Assembly (NCBI GenBank): GCA_016699145.1
Contig: CP064962.1
Span: forward strand, 780,001 to 812,000
DNA length: 32,000 nucleotides
Direction of reading: 5' to 3'
DNA from: Candidatus Saccharimonadota bacterium
Lineage (GTDB): Bacteria; Patescibacteriota; Gracilibacteria; UBA1369; 2-02-FULL-48-14
Made by a program: the position numbers and the translations under genes. How positions within the stretch are numbered: the first letter of the stretch is position 1; every line of letters starts with the position of its first letter. The notes under the pieces were generated by a model. It did not search any database. It had not been told where the DNA came from and saw only the letters and a program-made list of their open reading frames with translations. Below, one piece after another: positions 16,665 to 24,193 of this stretch.

Positions 16665-18722
16665 TTGTACCCTAACAGAAAGACCCCTAAAATACAATCA
16701 TCCGCTCAGTCAATCGCCTTGCTCAAAAAACTGAACAGCCTCCTCTTGTACTGCTTACTCGTGAGCCCGTTTTTATTGAGTTTTTATCCTCAAACCAATC
16801 GCTTTGAAATCATTCGCGAAACCGGGCCTTTGCTGCTTTTGGGGGTGGGAGTCTTGGCCTATCTCGCCAGCCTTCTATGGAGCCGCCCGTGGAAGGAGTT
16901 TTCCAGCTCCCGCCCGTTGCTCCTATTACTGCTGGTTTTCACAGGTTTCAGCATCCTCAGTTGGATCCATGCGGGTGTAAAAATCTTTGGCTTCGCCGAA
17001 ATTTTTGTTCTGTTCATCGGGGTGCTGCTTTATTTGATCTTTGCTCAAGAAAAGACAGGGGCTCAAAAGCTCACTTGGGCCCTTGCCCTCACCCTCGTGG
17101 CTGCCGCCCTCCTCGGGGTCCCTGCCTATCTCAGCACCGACCACAGCCGCTTTTTCGGCTTCTTTTATGATCCGCTCATCAAAGCCGATGCCTGGCCCAA
17201 TGCCTATGCAGACTTCTTTCTACTCACTTTCCCGTTTTTAGCCCTGCTCCTCCGTTCTCCCAAAGCCTGGCTTTTGAAGCTGATCCTGCTCGCTTTTGTG
17301 CTTTCTAGCTTTGTGCTCTCGGCTTCGCGGGGCGCTTTCTTGGCCGTTTTCCCGGCGCTCGCCTTCTTTGCGCTCGCCCAAGTTTGGACTCACCGTTCGC
17401 TGCCCTCCTTAAAAAAGACCTTACGAAGTGCCCCTTGGGTGCAAAGTGCCCCTTGGGTGCAAAGTGCCGTTGCCCTCCTTCTACTCATCGTGTTCACAGC
17501 GCTTTTTACAAAAGGAATCGGCATGCTCAAAAGTCGGCATCATCAAGCCGTGGATCTGGGCAGCCGCCTGCAATTTTCAGAAGCCGAAGGGGGCAATTCC
17601 TTTTCAGAGCGCATAGAGTTTTTTGAAGGAGCCCTCGCCTTGATCCAAGAAAATCCCCTCTTGGGCACAGGACCTTCCACCTTCCGTTTCGTCTATCCGC
17701 CCCACCAACAGGGCTTTTTGGCCCTCTCCGATCACCCTCATAACCTTTGGCTCAAACTCGCCGCTGAACGCGGCCTACCCGCCGCCCTCCTCTTGCTGGC
17801 TTTTGGGCTCTTGCTTTTTGCCCAAACGCATCCTTTTGGCAAAAACCCGGACCGTCCTTTTCTGCTCATGGCATGGACGGGCCTCGTGGCTTTCATGGCC
17901 CATCACATGATCGATTACAACCTGAATTTTCTCACCAACGCCCTCATTTTTTGGATGATTTTAGGGGCCCTCGCCGCTCACGCTCGGCAGCAAAAAACCA
18001 AACTTGCCCCGGCCGCTTGTGCTCTTATTGCACTGCTGCTTGCCGCCAGCGGCCTCAAACTCACTTTCGATGAATTGAGCTTCAACCGCATCCACACACT
18101 CGATCAAATGGAAGGCTTCCACCCCTTTTTGCCCACTTATGAGTGGTACGAAAAAATCGGCGGCGCCACCGATCCCGAGCTCAAAAAAGCCTTTATCCAA
18201 AAGCAACTGGAGGCGAACCCGCTAGATTCCAATGCATGGTCTCTTTTAGGCCAAGCCCACGAAGCGGAACAGAATTACACCGCCGCCCGTTTGGCCTACG
18301 AAACGGCCCTTGAAGTGAACCCCAAAAACAGCTTTTTACCCGCTTTGCAGCTCGCCCGTGTTTTGCAAATCCAAAACGACGCCGCCGCCCTGTCCGACCT
18401 CGCCACCCGCTTGCAGCCCCTTTTTGAGGAATACCAAAAACTCTACGACAAAAACCTCCATTTCACCCAGGCCACGCCTGAAATGGGTTACGTGAAGGAG
18501 TTGAAGGGATTATTCCTGCACGCTGACCTCAAAGACTCTCCAAGCCCCCGAGTCTCAAAACCCAAAAAACTCTATTTGTTACATTGTAACAATGAGCCGC
18601 TTTTCACTTTTCACCACTTTAAACACCTACCTTCACCCTCAAAATCGCCCGGCCGCATAAATTTGACGAAAATTAAAAAAGAGATGAACCTCCCCGAGCT
18701 TACGCTCGGGGTTTCAGCCTAG
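16665..18722 (+). CDS. O-antigen ligase (Wzy_C)-like polytopic membrane protein with C-terminal TPR region
   Basis: Many TM segments. Motifs SASRGAFLAV and HPHNLWLKLAAERGLPAALLLL (O-antigen ligase loop), then TPR-like repeats. TTG start. The last 13 codons and the stop lie inside IS200 copy 2. Confidence 0.8.
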   Translation: MYPNRKTPKIQSSAQSIALLKKLNSLLLYCLLVSPFLLSFYPQTNRFEIIRETGPLLLLGVGVLAYLASLLWSRPWKEFSSSRPLLLLLLVFTGFSILSWIHAGVKIFGFAEIFVLFIGVLLYLIFAQEKTGAQKLTWALALTLVAAALLGVPAYLSTDHSRFFGFFYDPLIKADAWPNAYADFFLLTFPFLALLLRSPKAWLLKLILLAFVLSSFVLSASRGAFLAVFPALAFFALAQVWTHRSLPSLKKTLRSAPWVQSAPWVQSAVALLLLIVFTALFTKGIGMLKSRHHQAVDLGSRLQFSEAEGGNSFSERIEFFEGALALIQENPLLGTGPSTFRFVYPPHQQGFLALSDHPHNLWLKLAAERGLPAALLLLAFGLLLFAQTHPFGKNPDRPFLLMAWTGLVAFMAHHMIDYNLNFLTNALIFWMILGALAAHARQQKTKLAPAACALIALLLAASGLKLTFDELSFNRIHTLDQMEGFHPFLPTYEWYEKIGGATDPELKKAFIQKQLEANPLDSNAWSLLGQAHEAEQNYTAARLAYETALEVNPKNSFLPALQLARVLQIQNDAAALSDLATRLQPLFEEYQKLYDKNLHFTQATPEMGYVKELKGLFLHADLKDSPSPRVSKPKKLYLLHCNNEPLFTFHHFKHLPSPSKSPGRINLTKIKKEMNLPELTLGVSA
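17427..17468 (+). repeat. 18-bp in-frame tandem duplication (2.3 copies) inside the ligase-like gene
   Basis: agtgccccttgggtgcaa occurs at 17427-17444 and 17445-17462, then agtgcc again. It translates to SAPWVQ-SAPWVQ-SA. Confidence 0.9.
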
Positions 18723-19233
18723 TTCAAGCTGCGCTTGGCCCGCATCTTCTTCGCCCTGTTGTTGGATATACTTTCGAATGACCTCCTCGTTAATCCCAAC
18801 TGTGGAGGCAAAGTAACCTGCCGACCAAATACTTCTCGTCCCCCAGTACACTTTTCTAAGAAACGGAAACTTTATGTTCAACTCACGAGCTGTGTTGGCT
18901 TTTATTATTCTCACCACCTCTCCCACTGCTATTTGTGGAGGTATGGAAATTAAAATATGTACATGGTCTAAATCCGTGTTTACCTCTTTCACCACCAGTT
19001 CCGGATAGTACTTCGGAATATCCTTCATCACTTCCTGCAGAAAAGCCAACACACCTTCGTTGAATATCTTCCGACGGTATTTGGTCGGCCAAACTAAGTG
19101 ATAGTCACAGATGAAAACTGCGTGTGAGCTTTTTCGTAGCTTCTTCATGCCTCCACTTTACACCACCACGAAGATGCGGGCACCCACTACATCCCTCGGG
19201 CTTACGCCCGGGGAACTACGTCAGTTGATTAGA
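18684..19233 (-). mobile_element. IS200/IS605-family element, IS200 group, copy 2 (intact)
   Basis: Reverse complement of copy 1, with G5 instead of G4. Right-end hairpin at 18692-18711 and left-end hairpin at 19193-19213. Confidence 0.9.
18714..19148 (-). CDS. tnpA: IS200-type HUH/Y1 transposase TnpA (144 aa)
   Basis: YHLVWPTKYRRK and DHVHILISIPP (HUH). The C-terminal WSAGYFASTVGINEEVIRKYIQQQ contains the Tyr that aligns with the catalytic Tyr of IS608 TnpA (KQYIENQ, from memory). Confidence 0.92.
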   Translation of the reverse strand: MKKLRKSSHAVFICDYHLVWPTKYRRKIFNEGVLAFLQEVMKDIPKYYPELVVKEVNTDLDHVHILISIPPQIAVGEVVRIIKANTARELNIKFPFLRKVYWGTRSIWSAGYFASTVGINEEVIRKYIQQQGEEDAGQAQLELG

Positions 19234-19262
19234 ATTAAGGCTTACCTTTTCCAATACCTAAT

Positions 19263-19481
19263 ATGAAACTCTCAGAAACAGCATGCTTAGTCGCTTTAGC
19301 TGCCACAACCCCAGCCTGTAATCTCTACGCTTTTCAGAATGGCCAGGAAGATCAAGGTGGAGCCTGTACTGAAATCCCAGCCCTCACAACAGGTGTATCT
19401 GCACAAGTAAAAATCAATCTAAGCGGAGATCCAATGGTGCCTCTAGCGCCTACCCGTGAAACTGTTCCCTCCCAAGAATAA
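19263..19481 (+). CDS. Small hypothetical ORF (72 aa), doubtful
   Basis: ORF only, with a weakly signal-like N-terminus (ACLVALAATTPAC). Followed by a bidirectional terminator. No homology recognised. Confidence 0.25.
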   Translation: MKLSETACLVALAATTPACNLYAFQNGQEDQGGACTEIPALTTGVSAQVKINLSGDPMVPLAPTRETVPSQE

Positions 19482-19511
19482 AACCCGCATCCAAGACCCC
19501 CCTCGCCCCCC

Positions 19512-19549
19512 AACAAAAAGAGTCCCATCGAGGACTCTTTCAGTTTTTT
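19512..19549. terminator. Bidirectional intrinsic terminator (ends the rplT operon)
   Basis: AGAGTCC (19519-19525) pairs with GGACTCT (19532-19538) around a 6-nt loop. It is flanked by A5 on the left and TTCAGTTTTTT on the right, so a U-run follows the stem on both strands. Confidence 0.6.
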
Positions 19550-19594
19550 GTAAGGTTTTTCCTATATCCCGGTTCTTCAAAAACTCAGAGCAGT

Positions 19595-19939
19595 TTATTT
19601 CACTGCGGCCACGATTTTGTCGAACACAGCAGGTTCGTGAATCGCGATCTCAGACAGCATTTTGCGGTCGAGAGCCACCATCTTCTTAGAAAGACGGTAC
19701 ATGAGTTGGCTGTAGGACAGACCTTGAGCTCGAGATGCAGCATTCACACGTGCGATCCACAGACGTCGGAAGTCGCGTTTTTTGCGACGACGGTGTGCAT
19801 ACGCATGCATGCCCGCTTTCATCACGCGTCTCTTCGCAATGGAATAGAGACGACCTGAGAGCCCTCGGAAGCCTTTAGCCGCCTTCAAAATTTTGTTGTG
19901 ACGACGACGTTGATTCGTCCCACGTTTGACGCGTGCCAT
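19595..19939 (-). CDS. rplT: 50S ribosomal protein L20
   Basis: MARVKRGTNQRRRHNKILKAAKGFRG... is the canonical L20 N-terminus. Confidence 0.95.
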   Translation of the reverse strand: MARVKRGTNQRRRHNKILKAAKGFRGLSGRLYSIAKRRVMKAGMHAYAHRRRKKRDFRRLWIARVNAASRAQGLSYSQLMYRLSKKMVALDRKMLSEIAIHEPAVFDKIVAAVK

Positions 19940-20059
19940 AAGGGTCGGGGTTAATGAGCGCCGCGGTAAGACCGGGCGATGGTGGACCTAAAGGCGGGGC
20001 AACGCCAAGGTCCTACCAGAAATAAATAAAAGAAATCAGCCGATCAGCTCGGCAGGGGC

Positions 20060-20272
20060 TTAATTCCACAAAAGAGTCTTGAAACGCTTTTCATCAGCCT
20101 TGCTCACCACAGATTGAGTTCCACCCATGTTCTTCTGTCGACTCGCCTTTTGATTGAGTCGGTGACGATGAGCGGCCTTCTGCATACGGATTTTTCCCGT
20201 TCCAGTGAGGGTCGCGCGCTTTTTCGTACCCGAGTGGGTGCGTTGTTTTCCAACTTTAGCTTTGCCTGGCAT
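20060..20272 (-). CDS. rpmI: 50S ribosomal protein L35
   Basis: MPGKAKVGKQRTHSGTKKRATLTGTGKIRMQKAAHRHRL is the L35 pattern, and the gene sits between infC and rplT. Confidence 0.92.
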   Translation of the reverse strand: MPGKAKVGKQRTHSGTKKRATLTGTGKIRMQKAAHRHRLNQKASRQKNMGGTQSVVSKADEKRFKTLLWN

Positions 20273-20281
20273 AAAATAGGG

Positions 20282-20803
20282 TTATTTAAGGGGTGAGAGA
20301 ATCATAATGAGGGAGTGTCCTTGGCGTTTCGCGTCTTGATCAATCTTGGCGAAATCCTTGAGTTCTTCCTTCACGTAATTCATCTTCTCAAATCCGAGTT
20401 CAATATGTGTAACCTCTCTTCCGCGAAAAATCAAGCTGAATTTCAACGAATTGCCGTCTTTTAAGAACTCTTTACACTTGTTCAGCTTCACATCAATGTC
20501 GTGCTTATCCGTTCGAATCGAGAGACGAACCCCTTTCATTTCTCCGCCTTTTTGATGCGCTTTGTGCTTCTGATCTGCCTTGCGTTGACGATACAAATAC
20601 TTTCCAAAATCCATGATGCGGCACACGGGCGGGAACACCGTCGGAGACACTTCTACCAGATCGAGCCCCATCTCTTTAGCAAGCGCCAGAGCCTTGGACG
20701 CACCCATCACTCCGCCTTGAATCTCTTCCCCTTCCTCGGCAATGAGTCGCACCGTTTGCGCACGGATCTCTTCGTTTTTTCGGAGTTGCTTAGCTATAAA
20801 AAT
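20282..20803 (-). CDS. infC: Translation initiation factor IF-3, non-canonical start (ATT 20803 or ATA 20797)
   Basis: The track ORF starts at GTG 20752. The same frame upstream encodes KNEEIRAQTV before RLIAEEGEE, the conserved IF-3 N-terminal motif (E. coli INGEIRAQEVRL). Between the upstream TAA (20809-20807) and that GTG there is no ATG, GTG or TTG, only ATT, ATA and ATC. Confidence 0.85.
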   Translation of the reverse strand: MFIAKQLRKNEEIRAQTVRLIAEEGEEIQGGVMGASKALALAKEMGLDLVEVSPTVFPPVCRIMDFGKYLYRQRKADQKHKAHQKGGEMKGVRLSIRTDKHDIDVKLNKCKEFLKDGNSLKFSLIFRGREVTHIELGFEKMNYVKEELKDFAKIDQDAKRQGHSLIMILSPLK

Positions 20804-20946
20804 GAATTAGGAGCTAGCGAATCTTAACAGATTGCGATCAGAAGTCAACGGCGCTTTTCTCTCCAGCCGCCTATCCAGCCTCTTGCAAAACAAGCCCCCT
20901 TCCCGCATGATGACAGCTCAGTCAGCATTCTTCAAAACCACAAACC

Positions 20947-23148
20947 ATGTCCCCTCTTTCATCACTCTTAAATCCTACCCTTCAAAGGCTCACACAAGGC
21001 GCATTGCTCCTCTTGGGAGCGCTTCTTGCAAGCTTCCTTTTTGCAACGCCAAGCTTTGCAAGCACCGCAGAAAACAGCTTCAGCCACACTGCCTTACCCG
21101 TGGAAGTGCCGCTCACAGAAAGCGTTTGGACAGGGACTTTTGAAGCCAGCGAACCTTTCAATCTCTTGAGTTTTACAGGAGCAGAAAATTGGACCGGAGC
21201 CATGGAACTTCGTTTTGAACACGAAGGCGAATGGGGACCGTGGATTCCCCTCGAAGAGGACATCCACAGTCGTTTTGCCGGCGAATACGAAGCCGTAGTC
21301 ACCGACCCCAGCAGCCGTTTTCAAGTGCAGCTCACCACCCCTCAAAAAGCACTCCCTTTTGAATGGGCAGGAACGTTTGAACTGGTGAATGCAGGGGGCT
21401 CAATCGCCAGGCAACTGCAAAGGACGAGTGTCGAAGAACCCAGCGTCATCAGTCGTGCTGAATGGGGTGCCGATGAAACCCTCAGGCTCATCGCCCCCGA
21501 AGATTTTGTGGACTACCCCATCAATGACACCCTCTTGGAGGAAAATTTAAAAATCGTCGACGTAGAATACACCGACGAAGCGGGCAATACACTCAATTGG
21601 CCTCTACAACATTCCGCATCGGTGACGCGCATCACGGTGCATCACACCACCACCGATCTCAAACACCTCAAAGATCCCGCCAGTGCCGTCCGCTCCATTT
21701 ATTACTTCCACACGGTGGTTCGGGGTTGGGGAGATTTGGGCTACCATTACCTCATCGCTCCCGATGGCAGCGTTTATAAGGGCCGTTATGGGGACGACAC
21801 TGTGGTCGCAGCTCATGCCAGCGGCTACAACGTGGGCAACATTGGCATTGTGATGATTGGGCCTTACCATCGGGAACCCATTGAAGGAGCCGCTTTGAAT
21901 TCCTTGCTCAATTTGATCCAAACAAAGGCCGAGGAACACGCCATTGATCTCGACGCTACTTCTCCTTACAAAGGAGTGGATTGGCCCAACTTGCTTGGAC
22001 ACCGCGACGTGGGCACCACCCTTTGCCCAGGGGCCTACCTCTACGAACATTTGGATGAGCTCCGCAGCTACTTAGGGGCTCAGCAAGACCTGCAAATTTC
22101 CGAGACTTACACCTGGGAACCCTCGTTAACCGCCTTGAATCCGCAAGAAAGCAAAACCGTAACCCTGGGTCTAGAAAATACAGGGGATACATTTTGGAAT
22201 GGACGAAGCACTTTTGATGTAGAGCCCATTTTAGGTGCCGATATTCTGAGCACAACGCCAGAAACCCTCCGACTCAATAATCCAGTTCAGCCCGGAGGCC
22301 ATGCAAGCATCGACTTGAGCCTAAATTCTGGATGGACTCCCGGTTTGACGGTTTTCAAAATCACCCCGCATTGGAACGGAAGAGAAGCGGATGCACCCTT
22401 TTTGGTCCCAGTCTTCGTGCAAGAACCTTTTGTGAATTTTGAACTCGTGGATTTGAACTTCGACCAAGTCACGGAACTGGGGCATACGGTCCATGTTACA
22501 GCCGAACTCGAAAACAATGGAAACGTCACTTGGAACGCGCCCTCTCACCCTGAAAGTGCTGTCCTGCTTGGTCAAGTGGACAATACTCAAGTGGGCCTCG
22601 ACGATCCTTACCTCACCACCAAAACTTTAGCCACGCCCTCGCAAACGGTTGCGCCCGGCGAAAGCATCACGGTGGAATGGGACATACTTGTCGACGAAAA
22701 CCTGGCAAATGGACAGCTCTACTTCCATGCCGAAATGCCCGGCGTCGAAGGCAGTGTCAGCTCTCGTTTGCATCACCTCACCCTGTGGACCAATCCTGAA
22801 AACCAGGAACTCACCGTGGTGGACAAAGGGTCTGCTCAAATTTTCCAAGCCGGCAAAACCGTAGGCGGATGGATTCAATTCACCAATCACACCGATCAAA
22901 CTCTCAATTTGGCGGATAACGACCTCACTTGGGCAGCAACCGTGACCTCCGAAGGCCTCCCCGTGAGCAGCGACCTCGAGACCATCTTTGCCCTCGAAAC
23001 CTTAGAAGCGGGCATGTCCACTCGTGTCTACTTCCACCTCACCGCCCCTGACGAAGCCGGCGAATACCAAATTGAATGGATTCCCATGCAAGGCGGATTC
23101 AGCCTGTGGACGACGCCACTGATTTATGATTTTGCGGTGGAGGGCTGA
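20947..23148 (+). CDS. Secreted N-acetylmuramoyl-L-alanine amidase (Amidase_2/PGRP fold) with a long C-terminal beta-rich extension
   Basis: Signal peptide (ALLLLGALLASFLFATPSFA). ISRAEWGADE, VTRITVHHT, GWGDLGYHYLIAPDGSVYKGR, AAHASGYNVGNIGIVMIG, LLGHRDVGTTLCPG. Confidence 0.85.
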   Translation: MSPLSSLLNPTLQRLTQGALLLLGALLASFLFATPSFASTAENSFSHTALPVEVPLTESVWTGTFEASEPFNLLSFTGAENWTGAMELRFEHEGEWGPWIPLEEDIHSRFAGEYEAVVTDPSSRFQVQLTTPQKALPFEWAGTFELVNAGGSIARQLQRTSVEEPSVISRAEWGADETLRLIAPEDFVDYPINDTLLEENLKIVDVEYTDEAGNTLNWPLQHSASVTRITVHHTTTDLKHLKDPASAVRSIYYFHTVVRGWGDLGYHYLIAPDGSVYKGRYGDDTVVAAHASGYNVGNIGIVMIGPYHREPIEGAALNSLLNLIQTKAEEHAIDLDATSPYKGVDWPNLLGHRDVGTTLCPGAYLYEHLDELRSYLGAQQDLQISETYTWEPSLTALNPQESKTVTLGLENTGDTFWNGRSTFDVEPILGADILSTTPETLRLNNPVQPGGHASIDLSLNSGWTPGLTVFKITPHWNGREADAPFLVPVFVQEPFVNFELVDLNFDQVTELGHTVHVTAELENNGNVTWNAPSHPESAVLLGQVDNTQVGLDDPYLTTKTLATPSQTVAPGESITVEWDILVDENLANGQLYFHAEMPGVEGSVSSRLHHLTLWTNPENQELTVVDKGSAQIFQAGKTVGGWIQFTNHTDQTLNLADNDLTWAATVTSEGLPVSSDLETIFALETLEAGMSTRVYFHLTAPDEAGEYQIEWIPMQGGFSLWTTPLIYDFAVEG

Positions 23149-23195
23149 CAACAGCAAGGAAATGCGTTTGTTTGATTTTGCAAAACTTGTTCTGT

Positions 23196-23221
23196 AAACC
23201 CCTCCCCGGGGAGGGGTTTTT
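23196..23221 (+). terminator. Intrinsic terminator
   Basis: AAACCCCTCCCCGGGGAGGGGTTTTT: a perfect GC-rich palindrome (23199-23216) followed by T5. Confidence 0.75.
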
Positions 23222-23241
23222 ACCTGTAAAAGAGTGAGAAT

Positions 23242-23269
23242 TTGACGATAAGGTAAAATACGGTATAAT
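23242..23269 (+). promoter_or_regulatory. Near-consensus sigma70-like promoter
   Basis: TTGACG (23242-23247), 16-nt spacer, TATAAT (23264-23269), 24 nt upstream of ATG 23294. Confidence 0.55.
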
Positions 23270-23293
23270 GAAACATCTATTTAAAACTCACTC

Positions 23294-24106
23294 ATGGGAA
23301 ACACACCAAGCAATCCAAGCGACGGGGATAGAGCCCCCGAAGGGCCAAAGGACCTCGAAACGGTAAAACGCTTAATGCAAGTCCTTAAGAATCATTTTAC
23401 GGATGCACAAGCGCGTCTTGGACCGATTTACCTTAAATATCAAACGGAAGGAGTTGGAGAAGGTCTTGTCATCACAGAAGAAAGAAAGGGAGAAACGGTG
23501 CTCTATGGAGACGACGAAGCAGGAGGGCTAAGGGTGTCGATTCTAAATCCAATGGAAAATCTTCTTCAAGATAGTCTTAAAGACCCACTTCAAACTACAC
23601 AGCGAGACCGACTTAGGGAGCCAGTATGGGTTGAGGCATCAAACGCATACTACGACCAGGCCAAAACCCGCTTAGAGCAAGTAATACAAGCCATGGAGAC
23701 GAAAGCAGAACGAAGAAAAGCAGAGCTCACAGATCATATTGGCCGTCTAAAGGAGGGAATTCAAGAAGAGAAGAAGGAGGAATTCGGCAGACTGCAACTT
23801 CTACTGATCGAACTCAATGCAATCCAAAGGGGCCAGACTGCTATGGCTGGAGGAATGTCTGAAAAAGTAGCTCCCCCTGCAGCCCTTGATGGGACCCCTC
23901 GTTCACCTAAAGCGTCTGGTAAATTGGATTGGAGCAAACAAGGACCAGACTCAGAAATCGAAGAGCCCACTTCCGTAGCAGTTGAACCTGATCTTGAAAC
24001 AGCACCCGCCGAATCATCTCCAGGAGACGCTGTGGAGACTGAAAGAACAGGAGTGATAGGTGGCTTGCAAGCATGGTTTAAAAAATGGACGGGGCCGAAA
24101 AAGTAA
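23294..24106 (+). CDS. Hypothetical coiled-coil/acidic protein (270 aa)
   Basis: Uninterrupted ORF with its own promoter. The N-terminus is MGNTPSNPSDG. The centre is K/E-rich and helical, and the C-terminus is low-complexity. No family recognised. Confidence 0.6.
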   Translation: MGNTPSNPSDGDRAPEGPKDLETVKRLMQVLKNHFTDAQARLGPIYLKYQTEGVGEGLVITEERKGETVLYGDDEAGGLRVSILNPMENLLQDSLKDPLQTTQRDRLREPVWVEASNAYYDQAKTRLEQVIQAMETKAERRKAELTDHIGRLKEGIQEEKKEEFGRLQLLLIELNAIQRGQTAMAGGMSEKVAPPAALDGTPRSPKASGKLDWSKQGPDSEIEEPTSVAVEPDLETAPAESSPGDAVETERTGVIGGLQAWFKKWTGPKK

Positions 24107-24193
24107 ATCCTCGCTGCTCAGGCCATGCCAACCTAACCCCCTCTGGTCTTTTTTTGAGATGACCTCTACACTGAGGCTCTTTGACAAAGCTCA

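Noticed and set aside
17427-17468. The short direct repeats as a minimal CRISPR-like array.
   Set aside because: The units are contiguous with no spacers, are only 18 bp long, and sit in frame inside a membrane-protein gene.
496-19233. The two IS200 copies acting as a composite transposon that carries the 17.6-kb block.
   Set aside because: IS200/IS605 elements move as single strands and need a left and a right end on the same strand. The copies are inverted, and the cargo is core housekeeping (rny, holB, murF). Homologous inversion is the more sensible consequence.
20832-21143. A 103-aa ORF overlapping the amidase start, and a similar one at 7516-7848 (110 aa).
   Set aside because: The first overlaps the signal-peptide region of a well-supported gene in another frame. 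The second is antisense to the 249-aa gene and runs across its promoter region. Neither has motifs or a credible start context.
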